A stretch of 64,000 nucleotides of DNA from an uncultured Acidimicrobiia bacterium (GTDB taxonomy: Bacteria > Acidobacteriota > Terriglobia > Versatilivoradales > Versatilivoraceae), in assembly GCA_963786955.1 (NCBI GenBank), contig CAWBAT010000008.1:32001-96000 (forward strand). Direction: 5' to 3'. This document shows, piece after piece, positions 1-9,563 of the stretch; the stretch's first letter is position 1, and each line of letters starts with the position of its first letter. The notes below the pieces were generated by a model. That model did not search any database and was not told where the DNA came from. It was given only the letters and a program-made list of their open reading frames with translations. A program made the translations under genes and the position numbers.

Positions 1-1245
1 GCCCATAACGGCGCGAACGCCAAATCGCTTGATGATGTCGGCTTGATAAGGTTCCTCCCGAGAACTGGTGGTAGGCCCGGCAGCAGTGATTCGGTAATTC
101 CCATTGTTCTTCAACACGACTGGACCGCAATGATAGAGGATCATTCCCTCTAAGCTGACCGGAGGATCATGTTTCATGAGATAGGAGTGGACAGCATCTC
201 GACCCGTATACATTTCTCCATTCACGAGCACAACGTCTCCCACCTTCAACCGTCGTACCTGCTCCACACTTAAGGGGGCTTGGAGCCGGATTTCTTTGCC
301 CGTGAGATGGAATCCTTCTCCAGTGCTCATTGCACGCGGTGGCTTTTCATCGCGATAGAGCCAGCGCTTGATCGCTCCAGTCGAAGCATCCAAAACGACT
401 CCGAGGCGGCGAAAGGCCCAGCAGTCGTAAGCAACAGAGACGAAGAAACTCGCAGGCAAGCGGTTCAACACGCCGACCTTGCACCCGATCAGTGTGATAT
501 TTCCTCCAAACCCCATCGTTCCTATCCCAAGGGTGTTCGCAGCACGCATCACGTAATCTTCGAGTGTGGCGAGTTCAGGATTCGGATTGGTGTCGTCCAG
601 AGTTCGAAACAGCTGTTCTTTTGCATAGGTGTAGCCTGATGTTCTATCCCCACCGATGCAAACCCCAATCGCCCCAGCGCTGCATCCTTGACCTTGGGCT
701 TGCCAGACCGCGTGCAACATGCACTTTCGCACTCCGTCAAGTGTCCGGTCAGCCCGTCCCAAATGAGGCAATTCACAGGGAAGAGAGTATTGAATGTTCT
801 TGTTTTCGCATCCGCCACCCTTCAAAATAAGTTTAACTTCAATTTCATCTTCACTTTCCCACTGCTCGAAGTGCATGATCGGAGTGCCGGGGCCCGAGTT
901 GTCGCCAGAGTTCTTACCCGTTAGGGAATCAACCGAATTAGGCCGCAACTTTCCTTGCCGGGTCGCTTCGGCGATTGCTTCCCGAATCCATTGCTTCATT
1001 TGTATTTGATTGGCGCCTATCGGCGTTTTGATCTTGAAAGTGGGCATCCCGGTATCTTGGCAGATGGGACCCTGATCCTCATACGCCTCATCGATATTGG
1101 TTGCGATGACGGCCAGGGCCTGAGAAGACTGTGAAGGCGTCTGTTCATTTTCTACAGCTGCCGCCATGGCAACCCGGACATCTGGTGGCAAATTTGTGGA
1201 TGTCTGGATGATCAGCTCGACCATGCTATCCCTGAAACGCAACAT
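1..1245 (-). CDS. Class I (Fe-S) fumarate hydratase, fused alpha/beta type, truncated by the left window edge
   Basis: Not in the ORF track because there is no stop in the window. Translated by hand from ATG 1245 (SD AAGGAGG upstream): MLRFRDSMVELIIQTSTNLPPDV...PICQDTG...KGGGCEN...GRDAVH...YHCGPVV...AGPTTSSREEPY, which are class I fumarase/tartrate dehydratase motifs. Confidence 0.9.
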   Translation of the reverse strand, partial: MLRFRDSMVELIIQTSTNLPPDVRVAMAAAVENEQTPSQSSQALAVIATNIDEAYEDQGPICQDTGMPTFKIKTPIGANQIQMKQWIREAIAEATRQGKLRPNSVDSLTGKNSGDNSGPGTPIMHFEQWESEDEIEVKLILKGGGCENKNIQYSLPCELPHLGRADRTLDGVRKCMLHAVWQAQGQGCSAGAIGVCIGGDRTSGYTYAKEQLFRTLDDTNPNPELATLEDYVMRAANTLGIGTMGFGGNITLIGCKVGVLNRLPASFFVSVAYDCWAFRRLGVVLDASTGAIKRWLYRDEKPPRAMSTGEGFHLTGKEIRLQAPLSVEQVRRLKVGDVVLVNGEMYTGRDAVHSYLMKHDPPVSLEGMILYHCGPVVLKNNGNYRITAAGPTTSSREEPYQADIIKRFGVRAVMG

Positions 1246-1417
1246 AGAACCTCCTTAGTACCTGGGACAAGCCCACGACAGTTAATCTTAACACCCCGAA
1301 TAATCTGTTAAAAGGGTCGAATTCTTGTTATAAGCTACGCAAGTCTTGAGTAAAAGGCGTCTTGATTGATTCTCCACGACCGCCAGCCTTTCAATACTAG
1401 AGCACAATCTTTGACCC

Positions 1418-2101
1418 ATGCATAAACATTGTCCTTCTTGTCATCAGTTATTGGATGAATCAGTTCAGCTCTGCCCAAGTTGTGGGACCTCGGTCGGTGA
1501 TGTCCAACCCCTGGATGCGCCCGTCCGAATTGCAGAAGGCCAATTGCCACCCCCGTTGATTCCTGACGGCCCAGGACAGGCGGCTCCCCCACCCGCAACT
1601 TTTCATTATTCGACTCCTGGTTCAATCGACCCGAATCTATTGAAACCCGCTTTCTTGGGTGCCATCATCTTAGGTGTTCTTTGTGCGGTCCCCCTCGTCA
1701 ATTGTTGTTGTTTCTTGTGGATTAGTGGTGCAGGGATTGCTGCCGTTTACCTGTTACGCCAGGAATATGGGGGAGAGATCTCGCCTGGGCTAGGCGCTAA
1801 GCTTGGGTTTCTGACAGGGATTCTAGGTGCCTTATTCTGGCAGGTTCTCGAGCTTCCAATTTCCTATATTAAGAGCCCGGAAGCAGCGAGGCAATTGCAG
1901 GAGTTGCTCAAAAACCAAAATATTCCTTCAGAAGCCTTGCCGTTTGTTGAGAAGTTCATGGAGATTATGAAAGATCCGTTTAATCCTTTGCTTCTGCTCA
2001 TCGGAATCAGTTTCAAGTTGTTTGCCTGCGGGATCTTGACCACGCTAGGGGGGATTCTCGGATCCGCTTTCTGGAGTAAGCCGAAACCCCCTAACCCTTG
2101 A
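1418..2101 (+). CDS. Zinc-ribbon membrane protein (hypothetical)
   Basis: N-terminal CPSC-x10-CPSC, a Pro-rich linker, then about 4 hydrophobic helices. Confidence 0.7.
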   Translation: MHKHCPSCHQLLDESVQLCPSCGTSVGDVQPLDAPVRIAEGQLPPPLIPDGPGQAAPPPATFHYSTPGSIDPNLLKPAFLGAIILGVLCAVPLVNCCCFLWISGAGIAAVYLLRQEYGGEISPGLGAKLGFLTGILGALFWQVLELPISYIKSPEAARQLQELLKNQNIPSEALPFVEKFMEIMKDPFNPLLLLIGISFKLFACGILTTLGGILGSAFWSKPKPPNP

Positions 2102-2160
2102 TTATAATTGGTTTATAGATTCTTCGGGTTTCTCAGTCTTCCTCTCATGCTCCCCCTGAA

Positions 2161-2264
2161 GGTGTTAAGAAATTGGGGCGGCCCTCTATGAGCGCCGACC
2201 AAGCCGTTGAAATGAAAAGAACACGGCGGGCACAGACCGCCGCTACAACTGATTTTTTCACACC
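2161..2264. repeat. REP doublet (GTAG-type) with flanking inverted repeat
   Basis: 2224-2246 reads GTAGCGGCGGTCTGTGCCCGCCG on the minus strand. A degenerate partner lies at about 2174-2197. The flanks GGTGTTAAGAAAT and ATTTTTTCACACC are roughly complementary. Confidence 0.5.
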
Positions 2265-2578
2265 TCCCCTGTCGATTGGTTCGCTGCAAACCATCAAAAT
2301 CACTGGCATAACTTTCGTTCCCTCAGACTCGTGCGGATTAGGTATTTCCTGAATCCCATGCTGGCTTCGTCTCTCCATTTAAGCCTAGTGCCACAAATCG
2401 GCCTACAGTTAAGCCATTCAAGCATTTTTGACCTTGACTTTTAAACCCTTTGGATTTTAGATATAACCAATTTCATTCTAGGTTGATCCTGTGCGGTCCC
2501 GTACGATTTGCTGTTCCAGAGAGATTGTGTTGTAGAGCTCCATACCTTAAGTGACCTTATTGATAAGGAGGATTGAGC

Positions 2579-2995
2579 GTGACCATGGATGAGAACGATA
2601 AGCCAGTAGACTTCGCCGATTTGTTCGGAGACACTCTTGATGAAGAGACCGAAAAGCAAATTATACCGGCTACTGTTGAGCCCCCAGCCCCTCCTGCAGT
2701 AATTGTTCCGCCCGCAGCTGTCCCGGCGCCGCCCACTAAACCAAGACCGAAGCCGAAGGCAAAAGCGGCAAAGAAAGCTAAGGCGCCTGTGAAGAAAGTT
2801 GCCAAAAAGAAAGTAAAGGCTGCTACGAAGAAATCTGCCAAGAAGAAAGTGAAGTCCAAAACGAAAAAAGCCAAGGCTCCCGCGAAGAAAGCAAGAGTTG
2901 CTTCGAGAGCGAAGACTGCAAAAAAGACGGTAAAGAAGGCTAAGAAACGAGCCACAAAGACTGCTAAGAAAAAGTCGAAGAAGTCCAAGAAATAG
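2579..2995 (+). CDS. Histone H1-like Lys/Ala-rich DNA-binding protein
   Basis: SD AAGGAGG at 2565-2571 (GTG 2579 or ATG 2585 start). Acidic N-terminus, Pro-rich linker, then a long KKAKA/KKVAKK/AKKT tail. A terminator follows. Confidence 0.75.
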   Translation: MTMDENDKPVDFADLFGDTLDEETEKQIIPATVEPPAPPAVIVPPAAVPAPPTKPRPKPKAKAAKKAKAPVKKVAKKKVKAATKKSAKKKVKSKTKKAKAPAKKARVASRAKTAKKTVKKAKKRATKTAKKKSKKSKK

Positions 2996-3020
2996 ACGTT
3001 GATTTCAGGGCTTAAGATGG

Positions 3021-3054
3021 AAGCCTGCCCTCTCTTTGGGCGGGCTTTTTTTTT
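3021..3054 (+). terminator. Rho-independent terminator
   Basis: Stem AAGCCTGCCC / GGGCGGGCTT running into a T9 tract, about 25 nt after the stop at 2995. Confidence 0.85.
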
Positions 3055-3214
3055 GCAGCGACATTCCTGCTTGTTTTCAGGCGATGATGCCAAGGTTATT
3101 GAGAAACAAATGCTGATCGGAATGATTGTCCAATCCAAAACCCACTGCGTTTCTTCTCTTGCTCGCATCACGAAGTGAAGGAAATCCTAAACGGCAGCGC
3201 CAAGGAGGTGTTTG

Positions 3215-3595
3215 ATGAAGAAAGTCGTGACTGTAGCTCAAGGCCCCAAGCCGCAGGCTCCATACTCCCAGGCAATCATTGCAAATGGATTCGTATTTGT
3301 TTCGGGGCAGGGACCGATCTCATCAAAGACCGGCAAGATCGTACTTGGAGACATCAAGGATCAAACCCGTCTGGTGTTGGAAAACATCCAAACAATATTA
3401 GAAGCGGCAGGATCCTCGTTAGATAAGGCAGTCAAATGTAGTGTATTCTTGAAAGATATTCATGATTTTGCAGCAATGAACGAAGTGTACAAAACCTTTT
3501 TTAGGGAAAACCCCCCAGCGCGGACGACTGTCCAGGCAGGCGATATTTTTGGGGGCATCGGAGTAGAAATTGATTGTATCGCGACACTCGAATAA
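3215..3595 (+). CDS. ridA: RidA/YjgF family reactive enamine/imine deaminase
   Basis: APYSQAI, FVSGQGP, FAAMNEVY, PPARTTV and VEIDCIA motifs; SD AAGGAGG. Confidence 0.9.
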   Translation: MKKVVTVAQGPKPQAPYSQAIIANGFVFVSGQGPISSKTGKIVLGDIKDQTRLVLENIQTILEAAGSSLDKAVKCSVFLKDIHDFAAMNEVYKTFFRENPPARTTVQAGDIFGGIGVEIDCIATLE

Positions 3596-3643
3596 AGCAG
3601 CCGTTTTCCCGGGCTGAGGCTGGGAATGGTTCCCATCCCCTGA

Positions 3644-4441
3644 TCAAGAATTTGAATTGGATGCAGTGAAAACCGGTATCACGGGCGCCATTGTGCTAGG
3701 TGGAGCATCTCCGGCATAGAGTACTCTTTCCAGGAAAAGCCCCGAGGCTGGAGCCGTCCACTGACCCGTGGATCCGTTGGTTTTTCCAAGGAATTGATGG
3801 ACAATTTCGGGTTCCAATTCACCTAAACCGATTCGAACAACCACTCCAACAATGCGGCGAACCATTCTCCAAAGATAGTGCGAGGCTCCTAGCCGAATGA
3901 GAAGGAGGTCCTGAGCCACTACGATCCGGGCTTCTGTTAATTCGACGATTGTCGAGCCTTGCTCGTTGGCCCGCTCCGTAAACGAGCGAAAATCATGTCT
4001 TCCGCAAAACAGGCTTAGGGCGTTTTCGATCTTCTTGACGTCGATTTGGCCTTTGACCCACCAGACGTAATCTTTGGCAAAAGCGGTTCGACGGGTTGAA
4101 ATTTGATACAGGTAGTACCTTGCAATTGCTGAGTGGCGTGCATGAAATCGCTCGGAAGAAGGTTCGACCTTCAAGACGTGGATGTCCGGCGGCAATTTTA
4201 GATTTAAGCCGTCGCAGATCTGATCCGGAGGGAACTTCTTAAGAGTGCGCAAATGCGCTATTTGAGCTAAGGCATGGACCCCCGCATCCGTTCTACCAGA
4301 ACCGCCGATGTCCACCTCTTCATGAAAGTACTCCTCTGCGGCTTTCCTTAATTCTCCCTGAATGGTTCTTCCTTGTGCCTGTTCCTGCCAGCCCAGATAA
4401 CGAGTTCCTTTGTACTCAACAGTTAGTTTCAAGGTTGGCAT
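3644..4441 (-). CDS. truA: tRNA pseudouridine(38-40) synthase
   Basis: EYKGTRYLGWQ, GSGRTDAGVHA (catalytic Asp), FHARHSA, YLWRMVRRIVG, TAPASGLFL. Start taken at MPTLKL. Confidence 0.93.
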   Translation of the reverse strand: MPTLKLTVEYKGTRYLGWQEQAQGRTIQGELRKAAEEYFHEEVDIGGSGRTDAGVHALAQIAHLRTLKKFPPDQICDGLNLKLPPDIHVLKVEPSSERFHARHSAIARYYLYQISTRRTAFAKDYVWWVKGQIDVKKIENALSLFCGRHDFRSFTERANEQGSTIVELTEARIVVAQDLLLIRLGASHYLWRMVRRIVGVVVRIGLGELEPEIVHQFLGKTNGSTGQWTAPASGLFLERVLYAGDAPPSTMAPVIPVFTASNSNS

Positions 4442-4563
4442 AGGCGCATAGTCTATCACAGGTGCCCCGTGAACGAGATCTAAGGAGTCACTCAAACGAT
4501 AGGCAAAGGAAGGTTTATTTTTATCTCCCTTCCTTTTCTTCGAAATCATCTATAATTCATTCT

Positions 4564-5580
4564 ATGAAGTCGGAGCCATCCCTCGAAGATCGTTTTCAAG
4601 GCTGTTTCTTGGGTCTTGCCATCGGTGACGCGTTGGGTTACCCCACCGAGTTCCTCTCACTTTCTGAAATCCAGAAGCGTTACGGGATAAATGGGATCGA
4701 AGACCTGCCCGGAAATCCTGCCTTACATTCGGATGATACCCAAATGTCGATGTCCGTTGCCACTGCCCTCATTCAAGCCGGGCACGCCGGCGTTGAACAT
4801 TGGATGGATGTTTTGGTGAGGGAATTTGTGAAATGGTTGCGGAGTCCCGAGAACGACCGGGCTCCAGGGAACACATCGATTAAGGGATCCATGCATCTGG
4901 AGGCGGGAATTCCCTGGACAGAATCCGGAATTGTACAGTCCAAGGGATGTGGCGCCATCATGAGAGTTGCTCCCATTGGCCTCTATTTTCATGGGGACCC
5001 GACTGAATTGCGCACGGCTGCCCGGGCTTCTGCACTTTCCACGCATGCCCATCCTACTGCCTTGGTTGCGGCCGAAGTCACGGCATTTTGCGTAGCTTGG
5101 GCCGTCGGCGGGGTTCCCCCCTCGGAATTTTGTGAGCGGACCAGGAGCCTCCAATCTCCATCAGTCACTTCCTGGGATCCCGTCTTAGGGGAGAGCTGGA
5201 AGCGTGCGGGATACTCGAGTCCGAGAGAGTATTTGGCTGCAGGATGGTCTCAATTGTTGTCGGAACTCGACAAGATTTCTCAGTCCCTGGCGCAAGATCC
5301 TTCGGATGTTTGTGAAATTCTTGGAGGAGGATGGGGTTCGGATGAAGCCTTGGCTTGTGCGCTGGCCTGCGTGATCGAATTCCCCGAAGACTATAGCGCA
5401 GCCATTAAACGGGGAGCCAACACAAGTGGAGATTCTGATTCCATTGCCTCGATCGCCGGAGCCATTAGCGGTGCTTTTCTGGGAACCGAGGCCATTCAAA
5501 AAGACTGGCGTAAGCGCATCGAGAATCGCCGGGCTCTCGTCACTCTTTCCAAAAAGCTGTATCTTGCTCATCAGAAATGA
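4564..5580 (+). CDS. ADP-ribosylglycohydrolase (DraG/ARH family)
   Basis: GLAIGDALG, SDDTQM, GCGAIMRVAP, THAHP, GDSDSIASIAGAISGA motifs. Confidence 0.9.
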   Translation: MKSEPSLEDRFQGCFLGLAIGDALGYPTEFLSLSEIQKRYGINGIEDLPGNPALHSDDTQMSMSVATALIQAGHAGVEHWMDVLVREFVKWLRSPENDRAPGNTSIKGSMHLEAGIPWTESGIVQSKGCGAIMRVAPIGLYFHGDPTELRTAARASALSTHAHPTALVAAEVTAFCVAWAVGGVPPSEFCERTRSLQSPSVTSWDPVLGESWKRAGYSSPREYLAAGWSQLLSELDKISQSLAQDPSDVCEILGGGWGSDEALACALACVIEFPEDYSAAIKRGANTSGDSDSIASIAGAISGAFLGTEAIQKDWRKRIENRRALVTLSKKLYLAHQK

Positions 5581-5616
5581 GCCTTAAGACCACAAAAACT
5601 GGAAATCCAAGGGGGA

Positions 5617-5850
5617 GTCCCCGAAGGGGACCAACATGAGTAGCCCCGGGTGGCACGGGCCGCGCCACCCGGGGGGGACGTCATGTCAAGGAGCCCCGAC
5701 CCTGAAAGGGTCGAACAGAGAGGGTATGCAGATCGTTCGAGGTGGTTCAACCCTTTCAGGGTTGGATTCAGAACTTTCTGACCACCGTGGGTTTCGCTCC
5801 GCGTTGCTACGCTCGACCCACGGCTATTGATGTTGGTCCCCTTCGGGGAC
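5617..5850. repeat. 234-bp REPIN/MITE-like element with nested inverted repeats
   Basis: 34-bp terminal IR starting GTCCCCGAAGGGGACCAACAT (4 mismatches). Inner 21-bp IR CCGACCCTGAAAGGGTCGAAC at 5696-5716 versus 5745-5765 (2 mismatches). Confidence 0.75.
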
Positions 5851-6004
5851 TGCAGTTAGCTCCCTTTCTGTGTCCAGCAGAAGACTCGTGGGCGCCATCA
5901 GCCCTTGGGGCGAGGGGATTGATGAGTGGGTGCGCTCCTCAACCCTTTCGAGATCTCAATGCTACCCCCGGTGTCCAGCCGAAGATATGTGTAACGATCT
6001 GCTT

Positions 6005-6187
6005 GTACAAGGGGGGGGACGCCGTTGTTGTTCCTGTTCTGATTCCTCTCGCCGGGTTTGTAGGCCCTCCAAAATTTGCACCTCACCCGATGCTTGATCT
6101 TCTCGATTCCCGCTTGCTTATTTCCATCCGTCCCCCCCTTGCACGGTTTTCTTTAGGGACATAGCTACAAAGGGAGACTTGAGGTGG
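6005..6187. repeat. Degenerate copies of the CCCCCCTT..AAGGGGGGAC hairpin repeat
   Basis: GTACAAGGGGGGGGACG (6005-6021) faces CGTCCCCCCCTTGCAC (6129-6144). The second copy continues after a 24-nt interruption. Confidence 0.55.
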
Positions 6188-6248
6188 TAAAGACTAAACG
6201 GCAAATACCCATGAATGTGCTTCCATTCGTTACCCGGAATTTTTCCCT

Positions 6249-7317
6249 CTACCCATCTTTTGACATTCTTCCATAGTGATAGGCTTCATCATACATGGCG
6301 ATGATATTTTCCATCGGCGTGTTGACTTGCAGATTGTGGCAGGGAGCGAGAATGTAGCCTGTATCATCGCTTGCTAACGAGTCTATGCAATGACGAACTT
6401 CAAGACGGACCTCTTCGGGAGTACCAAAAGGCAAAATTCTCTGATTCTCGACGGCGCCGTGGAAGCAAATCCGTTGGCCGAAATCACGCTTTAGATCCTC
6501 CATATCCATCCCCGGACAAGTCCATTGAACCGGATTTAGAATATCGATACCCATCTCAACAAGAGTTGGCAAAAAAATTCGGTTGCTTCCATCATCATGG
6601 TGGAAAACTTTGATTCCGAACTCGTGGCAGAGGTCAATGAATCGCTGGTGGTGGGGCGCATAGAACTTTTTGTAAAGATCCAGGCTGATCATGGGCCCCT
6701 TTTGGGTTCCTAAGTCATCCGTCACCTGGGCCACATCGACTAGACCGTCACAAGCCTCAAACATCCGACGATGGTACTCGTAAAAAAAATCAGAGATTCT
6801 TCCTAATAAGACATGGGTAAATGTCAGGATCTTCCAGGGGGTCAATGAGTGACTGTTCCAGTCCGCGGAGCAGATTATGGAAAAAGAAAGGAGCCATGTA
6901 CCCACACAATACGACTTGAGATTCATGCAGCACTTTTGCGTGTTCCTTCATCAGGGAGTAATTAAACCAGTCTTCCTGCGGCCATGCGTAGGCACTCAGA
7001 TCATCGATCGATCTGGCAAATGCCAGCGGGTAGAAAAACTGCTCGTCGTAAAACCCGCCCTCGTGAGCCATCCGTTTCGTCCGCATCCCCCAATAATTAA
7101 CCGTTTCGTTTCCAGGTATTTTGGGAAGGGCCGGGCCAGCATACTCCGGGCTGACTGACCCCATCCCATCGATGTGTAACTCGGCCATGGCTGTTGCTTG
7201 GTCCCCGAATCGGGCTCGAAGTTTTTCCCACACTTCTGGTGTGGCCCAAATGTCGGTGGGTATGCGATCGATCGGACGGCGATTGATCGCCGCCAACATC
7301 CGTTCTCGCGAGTTCAT
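6249..7317 (-). pseudogene. Uroporphyrinogen decarboxylase-like (URO-D/MtaA-CmuA superfamily) protein, frameshifted near 6820
   Basis: ORF 6790-7317 gives MNSRERMLAAINRRPIDRIP...LRGLEQSLIDPLEDPD. The overlapping frame continues THVLLGRISDFF...DDLGTQ...ILPFGTPEEV...GYILAPCHNLQ. Removing one base gives about 355 aa. May be a sequencing error. Confidence 0.75.
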
Positions 7318-7402
7318 TGTTTAAGAGTTCCTCTGGGATTGAATAGATGAGAGCCCATGACTAGAGTAGATGTCTTAATTGTTGTCTGCCAGTAATTCTT
7401 CA

Positions 7403-7640
7403 CCCCCCTGAAGTCCCCCCTTGTGCAAGGGGGGACCATGATGAACGTGCTTCCCCTTTGTGAACGTTTCCTTTTGGGACAATTCAAGGGAGGGCGTTGT
7501 TGTTCTTGTTGCGTCTCTAATTACTTTTGACAGATCGGTAGAAAATCTAAAACCATGCACTTCGCCCCATGCTTGACTTATTAAATCCACGTCCGCCTCT
7601 TTTTACTTGTCCCCCCTTAACAGGGGGGACTTGAGGGGGG
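7403..7640. repeat. Inverted pair of hairpin repeats (CCCCCCTSAAGTCCCCCCT..AAGGGGGGAC)
   Basis: 7403-7436 and 7609-7640 are inverted copies. 7403-7436 is the exact reverse complement of 37585-37618. Confidence 0.8.
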
Positions 7641-8099
7641 CTGTAACGTATTTGCAACATTATTTAGTTCTTTGTCTTTGTATCGATCAGTACATGAACC
7701 TGCTTCACACAACGTCCTGCAGATTTTCGCCTAGTCCAGGGTTTGGATCAATATTCGAAAGACGGAAATAATTCTTAAGAAGGTGACGACTGCAAACTTT
7801 TTGTCCACCATGAGCATCAATCAAAATGCTCTCCGTTCAGTTTCAATGTCGATTGAGAACGGTTTGGAGCTTGATTACGACGATTAAAAGTGAAGAGTAT
7901 TTCATTTCGCAAGAAACGATGCTAGTTTCAGCTTGCAAGTTGATGATCTTCGAAAAGCCCTTCCTGGAGCCAGATTCGGGGCTACAAGCTAAAATGAAAG
8001 AGCCGGAGCAAGTGGCTTATTGAAATCCAACTTCAACCAAAAACTGTTGTTATATTCAACACCCCATTATTAAAACTATTTAGAAAAGAGGGAATCACT

Positions 8100-9188
8100 A
8101 TGAAAGAGAAACCTATTCGATCCACATCCCCCCTCATCATAAGTACTGTTTTATTTTTGAACCTGTTTGTCATGCTCGCTTGGATTGAAGCGGCCGGGAA
8201 CCAACCCACCGGACCCGCTGCCCAAGGAGACAGCCTTAGCATCACCGGGATCTCCCCAAACTCCGGTCCAGTCACAGGTGGGACCCCTATTCGAGTTTCG
8301 GGGACCGACATCTCGAACGATGCGACTCTAACGATCAAAGGAGTTGCAGCGGTTAACGTGGTTCGGGTTGAGGACAATTTGATCACGGCGGTTACTCCTG
8401 CCGTTGCAACTTCCGGACCGGCGGATGTTACCGTTTCTGTTTCGAACGGGAAATCCGTGACCCTGACGGGAGGTTTCACCTACACGACCAATCAGACACC
8501 GGCGCCGCCAACAACCGCTCAATTCATTCCTTACGTCGTTGACGACGATAGTTTCAGAACCAATTTGATCCTTACCAATATGACCGCTAATCAAGCTACG
8601 GTAACGGTCACATTTGTCGATGCCAGTGGCACGGTGATTGGTTCCAAGACCTATACCATTGTGGGCAATGGCCGAATTCAGCTTGGAAACGTTCTACGGG
8701 ATATTTTGGAAAGTACCATCCCAACGCATAAGACCGGCTATTTGCAGGTTGAGTCATCGCAGTCCCTGTCCATGGCGACCACTCCGATTGATAACTCCAC
8801 AAACTCCTCTTCAGTGGTTCAGGGTACAAGGGGGCGGGGAACTCATCTCCTATTGCCTACCTCCACATCGATTGGAGCCTTTAAGACCACTCTCACCCTG
8901 GTGAATGATGACAAGTCACAAAATGAAATCGAGATCAAACTACGCGACGACAGTGGAACGGTCCGGGTCATTAAGAAGGTTGCATTAGCTCCCTACGGGT
9001 TCTTCCATGTAGAGGACATCCACGGCTTCCTGGGCGTCAATGGTGCCGTGGGGGCCATCGAGCTCAGGTCTAGTGGCTCGAATCCGGCCCACTTTGTGGC
9101 CGTATCTAAAGTGTATGCCCCGCTGACCACCCAGAGTGGCAGTGTCGGGACGACTAGTTCATTCTTCTTTGCCGAACCGATCGAATAG
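8100..9188 (+). CDS. Secreted IPT/TIG domain protein with two tandem beta-sandwich repeats
   Basis: Signal peptide; ITGISPNSGPVTGGTPIRVSGT (IPT/TIG); two similar C-terminal units (FRTNLILTN..DASG / FKTTLTLVN..DDSG). Confidence 0.8.
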   Translation: MKEKPIRSTSPLIISTVLFLNLFVMLAWIEAAGNQPTGPAAQGDSLSITGISPNSGPVTGGTPIRVSGTDISNDATLTIKGVAAVNVVRVEDNLITAVTPAVATSGPADVTVSVSNGKSVTLTGGFTYTTNQTPAPPTTAQFIPYVVDDDSFRTNLILTNMTANQATVTVTFVDASGTVIGSKTYTIVGNGRIQLGNVLRDILESTIPTHKTGYLQVESSQSLSMATTPIDNSTNSSSVVQGTRGRGTHLLLPTSTSIGAFKTTLTLVNDDKSQNEIEIKLRDDSGTVRVIKKVALAPYGFFHVEDIHGFLGVNGAVGAIELRSSGSNPAHFVAVSKVYAPLTTQSGSVGTTSSFFFAEPIE

Positions 9189-9263
9189 CGAGGAATCAGA
9201 GCAGACAGACATTGGCAAATTTCCTAGCGTACCCATCTGCCGACCAGTCTGAATTTGGTTTCA

Positions 9264-9324
9264 AAATGTCTAAACTTGAGCAGCAGGCCTTGCCTCTTGA
9301 GGTCTCTCTTAAGTTTGGACATTT
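9264..9324. repeat. Short inverted repeat (REP-like)
   Basis: AAATGTCTAAACTTGAG (9264-9280) versus CTTAAGTTTGGACATTT (9308-9324), 2 mismatches in 17. Confidence 0.45.
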
Positions 9325-9563
9325 GCACTAGAAGAGACCTGACCAGAGACTTGGATTTAAGTCGTCCTTTCCGCATAAAAAATCCGCTGCTCTTCCCCGA
9401 AAACTGAGGGCTCCCGCATCGCCCACCGTCGAAGTTCTTTCTTCCCTTGAAAATGAGAATTCTTTACTTGCCTGCATCCCCCCGCTTAAGCATGATCAAC
9501 AAAGCTAAAAGGATCGCCCGGATCTTCCGATAAGCTAATGGAAGAGCACAAGGGGGGGGATGT

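Noticed and set aside
280-1009. Several short ORFs listed in the track
   Set aside because: They overlap the minus-strand fumarate hydratase frame, which explains the region.
2557-3171. 204-aa Phe/Leu/Ala-rich 'membrane protein' on the minus strand
   Set aside because: Antisense shadow of the lysine-rich gene: AAA/AAG codons read as TTT/CTT. The SD and terminator support the plus strand.
5636-6164. Short ORFs of 62-140 aa in this gap
   Set aside because: They overlap the palindromic elements and show no protein-like motifs.
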